Origin: a virus
Direction: 5' to 3' (one strand)
IMG/VR virus record: IMGVR_UViG_3300046804_003518
Coordinates: 96,001-160,000 of that record
DNA: 64,000 nucleotides
This document shows positions 37,067-46,416 of this stretch, in pieces; position 1 is the stretch's first letter; each line of letters opens with the position of its first letter. The notes beneath the pieces are model-generated. The model did not search any database and had not been told where the DNA came from. It worked only from the letters and a program-made list of their open reading frames with translations. The position numbers were made by a program, and so were the translations under genes.

Positions 37067-38227
37067 ATGAGTATTGAAAATTTTTGTAAAAGGATTGGCG
37101 TAGCACCAGATCCTAAGTTTGGTACAGAGACACTAAAAGCCGCAATGGCTTATTATAAGATGACGCCTGAAAGGGCCGCTCATTTCTTTGCCCAAACAAA
37201 TCACGAGTCTGGTGGGTTTGCCAAGTTTACAGAAAACTTAAACTATGGTGCAAAAGGCCTACGCGGTATCTTTGGTAAGTATTTTCCAACAGACGCTATG
37301 GCTGTTGCATATGAGAGAAAGCCAGAAAAGATTGCTAACAAAGTCTATGCAAGCAGAATGGGCAATGGCCCAGAATCTTCTGGTGATGGTTGGAAGTATA
37401 GAGGCCGCGGTGCCCTCCAGCTAACCGGTAAGGACAACTACCAAGCTCTAGCAACATATCTTGGCAAGCCAGAGATTATGTCAAACCCTGACTTAGTTGC
37501 TACAGATTACATCTTTGAATCAGCTATTTGGTTCTTTGATAAGAATAAGCTATGGGCAATTTGCGATCAAGGTGTTACAGATGCTACTATTCTTTCTATC
37601 ACAAAGAAGATTAACGGTGGTACCCACGGTCTAGATGATAGATCAACAAAGACAAAGAAGTACTATAATCTTCTCAAGGGTACTTCTGTTGCTGTAACTC
37701 TAGCAGCAGCTCCAGCACCAGCTCCTAAGCCAGTATCAACTGGTGTAATTAAGCCTGGTAATCTATCAGAACATTTCTCTCTAAAGGAAATGACAAGATC
37801 AGAGACAGCCACAAGAAAGGGTATTGATAATACCCCAAACCCAGAACATCTCCATAACCTAACCCTAGTATGTAAGAACATTCTAGAGCCTGTTAGAAAT
37901 CATTTTGGTAAGCCAGTGCAAATTAATTCTGCATATAGAGGTCCAAAACTAAATGCAGCTGTAGGCGGATCATCCAAGTCGCAACATTGCAATGGCGAGG
38001 CTGTAGACTTTGAGATTGATGGATTACCAAACCCAGAATTAGCAAAATGGGTTACAGAGAATTGTGATTTTGACCAGGTCATCTTAGAATTTTATGACCC
38101 TAAAGAAGGTCCTAACAGCGGCTGGGTCCATGCTAGCTATTCATCCACTGGCAAGCAAAGAAGACAAATCCTTACTGCAGTGATGGAGAAAGGAAAAACA
38201 GTTTACAAGCCAGGGTTTGTAATTTAA
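37067..38227 (+). CDS. Endolysin: GH19 (chitinase/lysozyme-like) fused to peptidase M15
   Basis: AQTNHESGGF, ENLNY, YRGRGALQLTGKDNY, TKKINGG; linker; SAYR..KLNAAVGGSSKSQHCNGEAVDF, WVHASY. Confidence 0.88.
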   Translation: MSIENFCKRIGVAPDPKFGTETLKAAMAYYKMTPERAAHFFAQTNHESGGFAKFTENLNYGAKGLRGIFGKYFPTDAMAVAYERKPEKIANKVYASRMGNGPESSGDGWKYRGRGALQLTGKDNYQALATYLGKPEIMSNPDLVATDYIFESAIWFFDKNKLWAICDQGVTDATILSITKKINGGTHGLDDRSTKTKKYYNLLKGTSVAVTLAAAPAPAPKPVSTGVIKPGNLSEHFSLKEMTRSETATRKGIDNTPNPEHLHNLTLVCKNILEPVRNHFGKPVQINSAYRGPKLNAAVGGSSKSQHCNGEAVDFEIDGLPNPELAKWVTENCDFDQVILEFYDPKEGPNSGWVHASYSSTGKQRRQILTAVMEKGKTVYKPGFVI

Positions 38228-38231
38228 GGAT

Positions 38232-38239
38232 TATAAATA
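38232..38239 (+). promoter_or_regulatory. T4-type late promoter
   Basis: TATAAATA. Confidence 0.65.
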
Positions 38240-38321
38240 AAAGTATAATTTATTTGCGTTACTTGCTGAAACTAAATTATGTTTTTGGTAATGTTAAACA
38301 TAACAGCTTTCAGGAGTAAAC

Positions 38322-39692
38322 ATGAAGAAGGTACTATTTGCGCTACTGTTAGCAGTAAGCGCTGTTCAAGCGTATGGCCAAACTACGACCACAACTACAT
38401 CTACTGTTAACACCACTTCAGATGTAAATACGACGTCAAATTCTACATCGACTTCTACGTCGACCAATACCAACACGAATGTTAACACAAATAATAACAT
38501 TCAGTCAGGTACAGCTACCAATATTAATCAGAACACGAATACCTCTACTTCAACTTCTGATAATACAAATACAAACATAAACACAAATACGTCGACTTCT
38601 ACTTCGACAAATGTGAATACTAATGTTAATACCAACAATAATATTAACAGTGGTACAGTAAATTACAACAATAATAACACCTCTACCAGCACTGCAACTA
38701 ACAACAACAATAATAATTCGGTTGTTAATAGCACCAATCTAAACACGAATGTTAACACAAATAATAACATTCAATCTGGTACAGTGACAAATAATAACAA
38801 CAATACAAATAACACAACCAGTGTGAATACAAACAATAACAATAACAACACTGTTTCTGTTAATACAAATAACAATAACAATGTTAGCACATCCACAAGT
38901 ACTAATACTAACTTTAACAATAACAACACTACTTCAACCAACACAAACAATAACAACAATAACATGTCGGGTGAAGTGACCTATAATAACAATAACAAAA
39001 ATGATACAAACATTAATTCAACCAATGTTAATACCAACAATAACAACTCAGTGTCTGTAAACACAAATAACAACAATAACATATCTACAAGCACTAATGT
39101 TAATAAAAACGATAGCACTAGCGTAAATACAAACAATAACAATAATGTAAGCGTAAGCACATCAACAGCTGTAAACAAAAACGAGAATGTAAACAAGTCA
39201 GAAAGCACAAGCCAAAGTAACGTAAAGACTGAGAACACAAATACAAATATTAACCGTAACGAAAACTACACAAAGGTGGAACAGGATATCAAGTCACCAC
39301 CTGCTAGTGCTATCGCTCCTATGATTTCAACATACTCTCAAGATGTTTGTGTATCAGGTGTTTCTGGTGCTGTTCAAACTCAGGTCATTGGTCTATCAGC
39401 TGGTAAAGCAGTTCGCGATATGAACTGCGAGCGCCTCAAGCTATCCAAGACTCTATACGACATGGGTATGAAGGTTGCTGCTGTATCAATGATGTGTCAA
39501 GACGAGCGCGTCTTTAAGGCTATGGAAATGGCAGGCACACCTTGCCCATATATGGGTAAGATTGGTAAAGATGCAACTGATCAATGGTCACAAAATAAGC
39601 AAGAGCGCCCAGACCACAAGAAGAAGTGGTGGGAAGTTTGGAAGAAACAAACAACTGAAGACCTACCTGCTGCAAAACCAGCTGGTGAATAA
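38322..39692 (+). CDS. Secreted Asn/Thr/Ser-rich low-complexity protein with Cys-containing C-terminal domain
   Basis: Signal peptide; about 290 aa of N/T/S/V repeats (NTNVNTNNNI.SGT); DMNCERLKL...MCQDERVFKAMEMAGTPCP. Confidence 0.8.
   Translation: MKKVLFALLLAVSAVQAYGQTTTTTTSTVNTTSDVNTTSNSTSTSTSTNTNTNVNTNNNIQSGTATNINQNTNTSTSTSDNTNTNINTNTSTSTSTNVNTNVNTNNNINSGTVNYNNNNTSTSTATNNNNNNSVVNSTNLNTNVNTNNNIQSGTVTNNNNNTNNTTSVNTNNNNNNTVSVNTNNNNNVSTSTSTNTNFNNNNTTSTNTNNNNNNMSGEVTYNNNNKNDTNINSTNVNTNNNNSVSVNTNNNNNISTSTNVNKNDSTSVNTNNNNNVSVSTSTAVNKNENVNKSESTSQSNVKTENTNTNINRNENYTKVEQDIKSPPASAIAPMISTYSQDVCVSGVSGAVQTQVIGLSAGKAVRDMNCERLKLSKTLYDMGMKVAAVSMMCQDERVFKAMEMAGTPCPYMGKIGKDATDQWSQNKQERPDHKKKWWEVWKKQTTEDLPAAKPAGE
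38472..38773 (+). repeat. 32-bp intragenic direct repeat (38472-38503 and 38742-38773)
   Basis: AACACGAATGTTAACACAAATAATAACATTCA occurs twice. Confidence 0.8.
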
Positions 39693-42103
39693 TGAAGCGC
39701 CTACTTGCTTTATTACTGTTACTGTCAAGCCCTGCGCTCTATGCGCAGCAGCTAGATTGGACCAATGCTGTTAATGTTCCAAACATTGTTGTAAATCCAA
39801 CAATGGATAATTGTGCTGCTGGTCAACCAACATGCGGTGCCTGGAAAGAAGCGGGGTTTCCTCTTGGTGACTGGGTCCCATCGGGTGGTGGAAAATTATA
39901 CACGTTCAGTTATCTTCAAGGCACATTGTATCAAGATATTGATCTTTCCCAATACGAAACAAACCTATTTAATTTTACATTCTCATTTGATTTGAATAAT
40001 TCTTGTCGTAATTTTATTGGTGGATCTTGCTCTAGTATTAATGGTCCTATTGATCCATTTTCTGTAACTCTAAAGTTCTATGATACAAGTGGATTAAATA
40101 ATTCCTTTACATTTTTAAGTGGTACACCGTCTACCGCAAATATTGGTTGTGTTGGTGGTGTTGAAATCCTTGGTTTATGTTTACTTGGACAAGAAGCGCA
40201 AAGTGCCTGGCAAAGTTTTGGTTGGTATAGTCATGTTCAATCAAATAGTTTATTCACGAGCGCAAGATTAGAATTTACTGGCAGAGATGCTGGCTTCTGG
40301 GCTGGATTGTATGGTCCAAGTATTGATAATCCAATGCTACAAATCAATTATATGCCACCTCCATTACCAACCTCTGGTGGTCTTGCTGGTATGAATGTCA
40401 GTGCTCCTGGTAGTGATTACATTTTCATCTATAAGGGAAATGATCCTATATTGTTTAGCCAGCTTGCTATAAAGGGTGAAGATCTTGTTGGTTGGACTGC
40501 AGTGAGTTCTAGTGGCGAAGCATTAAAAATTACTTCTATTGAAAGACCAGATTCAGATTATCTATTCCTTTATACAGAGGGCATTCCAACTTCTGGAAGA
40601 TATTATAGTTTTCAGGAAGCAGCACCAATCACTACTGTTGACTGTGCTCTTTCTCCATATGACCCATCGTGTGTTATCGATACTCTAGGTATTGATGATG
40701 GTACTATTGATTACACAGACCCACAGCAAGTTTTAGCAGCATCAGAAACCACATCTGAGATGACCACTGGTTCTGACGATGGATCCGACGATGGTTCATC
40801 AGATGGTACTGAAGTTGTTGCTGAAGAAGAAGAAACTGTAGTTGCTGATAATACGGCAACTGAGGATACAACCTCTGATGATTCAACAGATGAAGAACAA
40901 AGTGATGAAGAAGAAAAGGTTGTAGTAGCAGAAACAGCTACAACTACGACCACTCTTGAGTCAACAGCTGTGGCAGCATACCGTGAATTAAGCGACGAAG
41001 AAAAAGCAGCTATTCTAGCTGACGCAATATCTAAAAATGTTCTAGAGGGTGCTTTGTCAATTGCAGCAGAAGCAACAAGTGCAGCATCAAATGCGGGTGG
41101 CAGTGTAGCAACAACTTCAGATACTACATCTACTAGAACAACCACTAATACATCTACGTCCGACATTATAGCAATTGCTCAAGACAATTCACAAGGACCA
41201 ACAAATAATGAAGAAGCAAAACAGGAAGGGTCTGATTCTTCATCAAATGGTTTAGATGTCCTTGAAACAGGGCGCCAGATAGGTATTAATGCTTTAACTA
41301 CAATACTTGCCGATAGTGCAACATCTGCAAGCGATTCAATGACTCAGGCAGAATCAATTGCAGCAACCTCATCCGAATCTTCATTCGTATCTAATGATGT
41401 CACCCAGTTAAGAACAGATACTGTTATTGCAGATATTAATATTGAAGTTGATACATCAATAGTAAATATTGATACATCAGGTGCAATAGAAGATACAACT
41501 GCTGCAGTAACTCTTGCTGCTACAAATAACACTGTTGAGGATTCCACTCAAGCTGATACATTTGCAGATATTATGCAACTTGATATTAAGCCAGATACAG
41601 GTGAAGTTAAGGATAAGGACCTAGAGTTTGTACAACAAATTGTTGCTGCATCACAAGAACAAAAACAAGATGAAGTAAATAATACTGGCTTCTCAGAAGA
41701 TGAGAAAGTTACTATTAATTTTGACCCAGCTCTGGCTAATGCATTTAACGTTGCACCAAATATTACTAACCTAGAAGTAGCTGGTGTATTAAATAATAAG
41801 CAGGAAGAAAAGTCGGATGCTGAAAAGGCAGCAGATAAAGTCGTAGCGGCAAACAAAGAACAACAAGAAGAAATCAACAAAAATTATATGGATGCAGATC
41901 AATCAGGCATCGTAGCTGCAATTGGTGCAGATACAGATGTTACATCATACCGTACTGCAATGATACGTGACAACAACGTTTGGTATAAGCCAGAAGATAT
42001 TTACAAGAATGTTATCTATAAAGATAATGTTCGTGGAGCATACTTCTTAGAAAAAGGAAACACAGACACTTATAAAAAGATGGTCGAGGAGCAATACAAA
42101 TGA
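39692..42103 (+). CDS. Large secreted protein: beta-rich Cys-containing N-terminal domain and acidic S/T/D/E-rich stalk
   Basis: Signal peptide MKRLLALLLLLSSPALYA; FTGRDAGFWAGLYGPSID; DCALSPYDPSC. Confidence 0.75.
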   Translation: MKRLLALLLLLSSPALYAQQLDWTNAVNVPNIVVNPTMDNCAAGQPTCGAWKEAGFPLGDWVPSGGGKLYTFSYLQGTLYQDIDLSQYETNLFNFTFSFDLNNSCRNFIGGSCSSINGPIDPFSVTLKFYDTSGLNNSFTFLSGTPSTANIGCVGGVEILGLCLLGQEAQSAWQSFGWYSHVQSNSLFTSARLEFTGRDAGFWAGLYGPSIDNPMLQINYMPPPLPTSGGLAGMNVSAPGSDYIFIYKGNDPILFSQLAIKGEDLVGWTAVSSSGEALKITSIERPDSDYLFLYTEGIPTSGRYYSFQEAAPITTVDCALSPYDPSCVIDTLGIDDGTIDYTDPQQVLAASETTSEMTTGSDDGSDDGSSDGTEVVAEEEETVVADNTATEDTTSDDSTDEEQSDEEEKVVVAETATTTTTLESTAVAAYRELSDEEKAAILADAISKNVLEGALSIAAEATSAASNAGGSVATTSDTTSTRTTTNTSTSDIIAIAQDNSQGPTNNEEAKQEGSDSSSNGLDVLETGRQIGINALTTILADSATSASDSMTQAESIAATSSESSFVSNDVTQLRTDTVIADINIEVDTSIVNIDTSGAIEDTTAAVTLAATNNTVEDSTQADTFADIMQLDIKPDTGEVKDKDLEFVQQIVAASQEQKQDEVNNTGFSEDEKVTINFDPALANAFNVAPNITNLEVAGVLNNKQEEKSDAEKAADKVVAANKEQQEEINKNYMDADQSGIVAAIGADTDVTSYRTAMIRDNNVWYKPEDIYKNVIYKDNVRGAYFLEKGNTDTYKKMVEEQYK

Positions 42104-42654
42104 GTACAGATGTAGATAAGAAAGTAGAAGATTTAGAAGCTGCTAAAGAGCAGTATATGAGCGAGAATACTGTTATTAGTATTGGTGGTTATAGCTTTAC
42201 ACCAGCCAAACTAATGATTGCTGCTGGTATTGTTTCTTCAATATTGGGTGGTCTTTATGGTGCATTTGAAATCTATAAAGATTATATGGATATGAAAAAG
42301 CAAATCCAAGAATATGTTGCACCAGATTTATCAGCAATTAATGAACGCATTAGCAAGATTGAAGAACGTATGGAAAAGGTTCAGGCTCTAGCTGGCGAAT
42401 CTAATGATATGATCCGTGATGTTAGATCGGATCTGAAGGGCGACATTGATGCACTACAGGGCGATGTTGATGCCGGGGAAAAGCGTAACCGTGAGCTAGA
42501 TAAGGATGTGCGTGGATTTGTTAATGTTACAGACCGCGATATGTCAGCAAGACTACGTCAGATTGAACGTGAAACTGACCAAAAGTTAAAAGAGCTAGAA
42601 AAGAAGGTTGACGAGAAGATTCAGAAGGCTTGGGAAAATCCGTTGGCTAAATAA
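42100..42654 (+). CDS. Single-TM coiled-coil protein
   Basis: TM IAAGIVSSILGGLYGAF followed by a heptad-rich region ending WENPLAK. Confidence 0.75.
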   Translation: MSTDVDKKVEDLEAAKEQYMSENTVISIGGYSFTPAKLMIAAGIVSSILGGLYGAFEIYKDYMDMKKQIQEYVAPDLSAINERISKIEERMEKVQALAGESNDMIRDVRSDLKGDIDALQGDVDAGEKRNRELDKDVRGFVNVTDRDMSARLRQIERETDQKLKELEKKVDEKIQKAWENPLAK

Positions 42655-42830
42655 TGATGGAGACGTTAGTTTTACCGCTTTCTGATAAGCGATTTGTTGT
42701 TTCTAATAAGAATAAAATCATATTGGTAACTTACAATCGTCGCAGCGCAGAAATGTTGAACAATTTAATAACTAAAAATGACTATCCAGGATCATATGTT
42801 CTTGCAGTCGAAAAACCATCGAAGATGTGA
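42654..42830 (+). CDS. Small hypothetical protein (58 aa, below ORF-track cutoff)
   Basis: TAATG coupling; MMETLVLPLSDKRFVV... Confidence 0.4.
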   Translation: MMETLVLPLSDKRFVVSNKNKIILVTYNRRSAEMLNNLITKNDYPGSYVLAVEKPSKM

Positions 42831-42953
42831 CCGTTGTCTTTTAGTTAGGAAATCAAGTAAAATAACAGATGGAATTTATTATACCTTTCTGATAGTGTTG
42901 CCGGCGTTTGTTATTATTCATACTATTATAATAAGTCTATAAGGAGACGAAGT

Positions 42954-43178
42954 ATGGGTATCCTAGCAAACTTAAAGTCAATGGTAGCAGATGGTGTAGA
43001 TGGATCAATCTCATCAAAGAGAGTAATTACATGCATGGCAACATTCCTAGTAGCTCTAGCATTCGTGCTAAATCTATTTTGGGATCTAGATGTTGATCAA
43101 AACATGTATGACTCAATGATGATGATTGTAATAGCAGGTCTTGGTACAACTGTAGCAGAAAAGTTTGCCAAGAAATAA
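42954..43178 (+). CDS. Small two-TM protein (holin-like)
   Basis: AGGAG RBS; SSKRVIT..TM..TM..EKFAKK. Confidence 0.6.
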   Translation: MGILANLKSMVADGVDGSISSKRVITCMATFLVALAFVLNLFWDLDVDQNMYDSMMMIVIAGLGTTVAEKFAKK

Positions 43179-43202
43179 TTTTCAACTAACGGAGTATATT
43201 AA

Positions 43203-43385
43203 ATGAAGAAGTTTATTGCATTATCTGTTCTAGCCCTAGCCCTAACTGGTTGCGCCGCCAAGGAAGAGGCAGCACCAGCCGCCGAAGCAGCCCCAGCCGC
43301 TGAGGCTCCAGCTGCCGAAGCAGCCCCAGCAGCAGATGCAGCTGCTCCAGCCGAGGCACCAGCCGAAGCACCAGCAGCACAGTAA
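43203..43385 (+). CDS. Small lipoprotein with AAEAP-type repeats
   Basis: Lipobox LTG-C then EEAAPAAEAAPAAEAPAAEAAPAADAAAPAEAPAEAP. Confidence 0.8.
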   Translation: MKKFIALSVLALALTGCAAKEEAAPAAEAAPAAEAPAAEAAPAADAAAPAEAPAEAPAAQ

Positions 43386-43399
43386 TAAAACTGTGAATG

Positions 43400-43426
43400 G
43401 GGCGAGGGTAACCTCGCCCCAACTTT
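43400..43426 (+). terminator. Rho-independent terminator
   Basis: GGGCGAGG-GTAA-CCTCGCCC followed by AACTTTTT. Confidence 0.7.
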
Positions 43427-43438
43427 TTGAGGTGACCT

Positions 43439-43855
43439 ATGAAAAAGATTTTATTTCTCTTAGCAGTAATCCCAACAACAGCTCTAGCCAATCCATATGA
43501 TTGGAAAGTAACAAGAGTCCTTGATGGGGATACAGTAGAATTTGAAGCCAAGTTCCTTCCAGCTGAACTTGGTGATAAGTTAAAGATCAGAGTACTTGGT
43601 GTTGATACACCAGAGAAGGCTCCAAGAGCCAAGTGTGATAAAGAAGCAGCAGCAGGATTAGCTGCAACAGAATTTACAAAGAAAGCTGTCAACGAAGCCA
43701 AAAAAGTTCAGATTGAAATTAAAGAATGGGATAAGTTTGGTGGCCGAGTTTTAGGTGATGTAATCATTGATGGCAAAAAGCTAAGTGAAGAATTAATCAA
43801 AAAGAACTTGGCAAGACCATACTTTGGGGAAGCTAAGAAATCGTGGTGTGAATGA
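43439..43855 (+). CDS. Secreted thermonuclease (SNase-like)
   Basis: Signal peptide; RVLDGDT, IRVLGVDTPE, DKFGGRVLG. Confidence 0.88.
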   Translation: MKKILFLLAVIPTTALANPYDWKVTRVLDGDTVEFEAKFLPAELGDKLKIRVLGVDTPEKAPRAKCDKEAAAGLAATEFTKKAVNEAKKVQIEIKEWDKFGGRVLGDVIIDGKKLSEELIKKNLARPYFGEAKKSWCE

Positions 43856-43863
43856 GGTAACTT

Positions 43864-44421
43864 ATGTTAAGTATTATACCATTGCCATATAGAATTTTAT
43901 TGTTTGCTATGATTGTTGGCGGCGCATTTGCTGCTGGCTTCAAGAAGGGTGGTGAGCATGGGGAACAAGAACTTGCTCGAGCATCAACAGAGGCTGAAAA
44001 TCTTCGCCACCAATTAGAACTAGAACAACAGAGAATTCGAGAAGTAGTCAAGGTAGAATACGTTGACAGAATTACTAAGATTAAAGAAAAAGAAACTAAG
44101 ATTGTTGAAGCAGCGGCTCAAACAGTTCCTGGACAGTATGATATGTCTAACGGTTGGGTACACGCACACAACGCTGCAGCTTCTCCTAAGATTGATCTCG
44201 ATTTAAACCTAGCCGCAGATGGTACGAGCTCATTTGTTAAAGATAATGTTGCATTGCAAACAGTCGTAGAGAATTACTCAATCTGTTTACAAAATGCTCA
44301 GCAGCTAACTTCTCTTCAAAAGTATTTGATTGAAGTTAATAAAAAGATTGATGAAGAAAACAAGAATCGTGGTATTGATATTAAACTACCTGACTTGCCT
44401 TGGAAAAAGAAAGAGGGCTAA
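43864..44421 (+). CDS. Inner-membrane spanin-like protein (Rz-like)
   Basis: N-terminal TM then coiled coil; followed by a Pro-rich lipoprotein. Confidence 0.6.
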   Translation: MLSIIPLPYRILLFAMIVGGAFAAGFKKGGEHGEQELARASTEAENLRHQLELEQQRIREVVKVEYVDRITKIKEKETKIVEAAAQTVPGQYDMSNGWVHAHNAAASPKIDLDLNLAADGTSSFVKDNVALQTVVENYSICLQNAQQLTSLQKYLIEVNKKIDEENKNRGIDIKLPDLPWKKKEG

Positions 44422-44423
44422 TT

Positions 44424-44651
44424 ATGAAACACCTTCTAGTAATTGTTATTGCTCTAATGCTTGGTGGCTGCGGTAAAGGTCTAACAAGATTAATGCCTAA
44501 GGTAGAAAAGATTAGTTTACCAGAAGAGTTAATGAAACCACCTCAGGATTTGAAAATAATTGTCAAGCCTGATCCGCCTCCTATTAATGATGATAAGAAT
44601 GCAAGCAACCCACAAGCGGAGATAGCAAGAGATGTCATCACACCTAAATGA
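44424..44651 (+). CDS. Outer-membrane spanin-like lipoprotein (Rz1-like)
   Basis: Lipobox LGG-C; LPEELMKPPQDL Pro-rich region. Confidence 0.6.
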   Translation: MKHLLVIVIALMLGGCGKGLTRLMPKVEKISLPEELMKPPQDLKIIVKPDPPPINDDKNASNPQAEIARDVITPK

Positions 44652-44922
44652 AACCGGAATGGGATACTTTAGCCACCTAGCAAGAGCTTGGAAGTGGGCG
44701 TTTATGCTTATAGTCCACGGATTGTTTCCAAATATTTGGAAGACAAAGGTAAGCGATCAAATATGTGTCAACAGAGAAGTTGATAGTGCCACTCGCAGGT
44801 ATCTTTTAAAAACAATGTGGAATATTAAAGAGAGAGATCCCGACAATAAGCCAAGTGTATTTTCAAGATTAACAGATAGTGAGGTTGTCGCAAGACGTCT
44901 ATATTATAGTTCTGATAAATAA
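44632..44922 (+). CDS. Hypothetical protein
   Basis: HLNETGMGYFSHL...IVHGLFP. Confidence 0.55.
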   Translation: MSSHLNETGMGYFSHLARAWKWAFMLIVHGLFPNIWKTKVSDQICVNREVDSATRRYLLKTMWNIKERDPDNKPSVFSRLTDSEVVARRLYYSSDK

Positions 44923-44949
44923 CCTTGCATTAACTGTTAGGAGACTTTC

Positions 44950-45294
44950 ATGGTTGATTTTGAGGCTCGACTTTCCAGAATAGAAACAGATGTGGCAGCC
45001 ATGAAAGAGAAGGTTAGCTTCTTCTCTGTCATCTACGAAAAATTTGATAGAACCCTAGACAAACTTGACGAACGTCAGGTTGAAGACCGTAAAGAAATTA
45101 ATTTAATGATGGACCAGCTTCAATCCACTATCATGCAAGAGATTAAAGCACTCAGAGATGATATGGCCAAGCAGCATATTGTCGAAAGACAAAAAATTGA
45201 GGACTTAAATAAATGGCGTTGGATCGTAGTTGGAGCCGCAGCGCTCGTCGCCTGGGTAGTATCGACGTTTTCCAAAACTATGTTTGGAAAGTGA
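44950..45294 (+). CDS. Coiled-coil protein with C-terminal TM
   Basis: AGGAG RBS; KWRWIVVGAAALVAWVV. Confidence 0.7.
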   Translation: MVDFEARLSRIETDVAAMKEKVSFFSVIYEKFDRTLDKLDERQVEDRKEINLMMDQLQSTIMQEIKALRDDMAKQHIVERQKIEDLNKWRWIVVGAAALVAWVVSTFSKTMFGK

Positions 45295-45479
45295 GACCAG
45301 TTGAATCAACCAGTGATGCCAGTTGGCAAGTATATCAGGATGACATAAAAAGAAGATTACAGCAGACTAGGAATAACAATGTTCCTGATAATAGTTTGTT
45401 GGCCACATCCCCAGAAGAAATCAAACGTCAGATTGAACAATTTAGAGAACAACAGGAACGAATCCATATAGTTGTATAA
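45291..45479 (+). CDS. Hypothetical protein
   Basis: GTGA overlap with the upstream stop; ORF track. Confidence 0.4.
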   Translation: MRPVESTSDASWQVYQDDIKRRLQQTRNNNVPDNSLLATSPEEIKRQIEQFREQQERIHIVV

Positions 45480-45487
45480 GTTATATT

Positions 45488-46228
45488 ATGGATGAACAAT
45501 ATATTAATAAGTATGATCAATTTAGTTTTAGTAATGAAGTTATATTCATGAATGATGGATATGTTCAGCTAGATCAAAAATTCTTACCAATAAACATCAC
45601 CCCCTTTAAGCTAAATTCCAAAAACAAACTTTTTGCATATCAAGCTCACCTATATTATAAAGCCCTAAAAGAAGGTGACTGCTTCACAGGAACATATCTA
45701 GATCTCAGTTGTGGCCGTGGTGGCGGTGTGGATCTAGCAAGAGATAATTTTTCTTTCAGTAGAGTTATTGGTGTTGACCCAAATCAAAAACAAATAGAGT
45801 TTTGTAAGAGCTGGTGTAGGGATATTGAGTTCTATGTTGGTAGTGCAATAGATATACCAATTGAAGATAACAGTATTAATGTTATTACATCTATTGAAGC
45901 CAGTGGATACTATGTTCCTCGAGAAACCTTTTTAAAGGAATGTTGTAGAATTCTAAAGGTAGGAGGCAAACTGATAGTTGCGGGACGAAAGAGTCCCTCA
46001 GAAAAGGTCAAGGTCCCCGAATCAATTAATAGCATGATGAAACTTACAAAGATTGTTGACATTACAAATAATGTAAATATATCATGTGCAATCCTCAAAT
46101 ATGCTTTACCCTTAAATTTAAAGGATAGTGATTCAAAGCTTCAGACAAAGTCAGTGTTATTTAACGATGAAAGAAAGTATATTAGTGGTCAAGAAAAGTA
46201 TTTAATATCTGTATACGAAAGGTTATGA
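45488..46228 (+). CDS. Class I SAM-dependent methyltransferase
   Basis: YLDLSCGRGGG, IGVDPN, GSAIDIP, TSIEAS, RILKVGG. Confidence 0.85.
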   Translation: MDEQYINKYDQFSFSNEVIFMNDGYVQLDQKFLPINITPFKLNSKNKLFAYQAHLYYKALKEGDCFTGTYLDLSCGRGGGVDLARDNFSFSRVIGVDPNQKQIEFCKSWCRDIEFYVGSAIDIPIEDNSINVITSIEASGYYVPRETFLKECCRILKVGGKLIVAGRKSPSEKVKVPESINSMMKLTKIVDITNNVNISCAILKYALPLNLKDSDSKLQTKSVLFNDERKYISGQEKYLISVYERL

Positions 46229-46416
46229 GATTCAAGCAATTCCTAGAAAACTTTATGGACGGTCGTAACCCTCAAGATAGGGGTGATATGGCTCGCCACG
46301 GTTTGAAAGGCAAATCAATTACTCAGTTAAGAAAGATAAGATCATCTAGTACTGCCTCACCTAGAAAGAAGCAGCTTGCACATTGGTTTATTAATATGCA
46401 TAGTAAAAGAAAATGA
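46225..46416 (+). CDS. Small basic hypothetical protein
   Basis: MRFKQFLENFMDGRNPQDRG...LAHWFINM. Confidence 0.65.
   Translation: MRFKQFLENFMDGRNPQDRGDMARHGLKGKSITQLRKIRSSSTASPRKKQLAHWFINMHSKRK

Noticed and set aside
38322-39300. CRISPR array or DNA-level tandem repeat
   Set aside because: The repeats are in-frame codon runs for Asn/Thr with no constant repeat-spacer periodicity. No CRISPR array was seen anywhere in the window.
42796-42942. Possible 48-aa ORF MFLQSKNHRRCDRC...IIISL
   Set aside because: It overlaps the upstream small ORF, has no clear RBS and no recognisable motif, so it is too weak to call.
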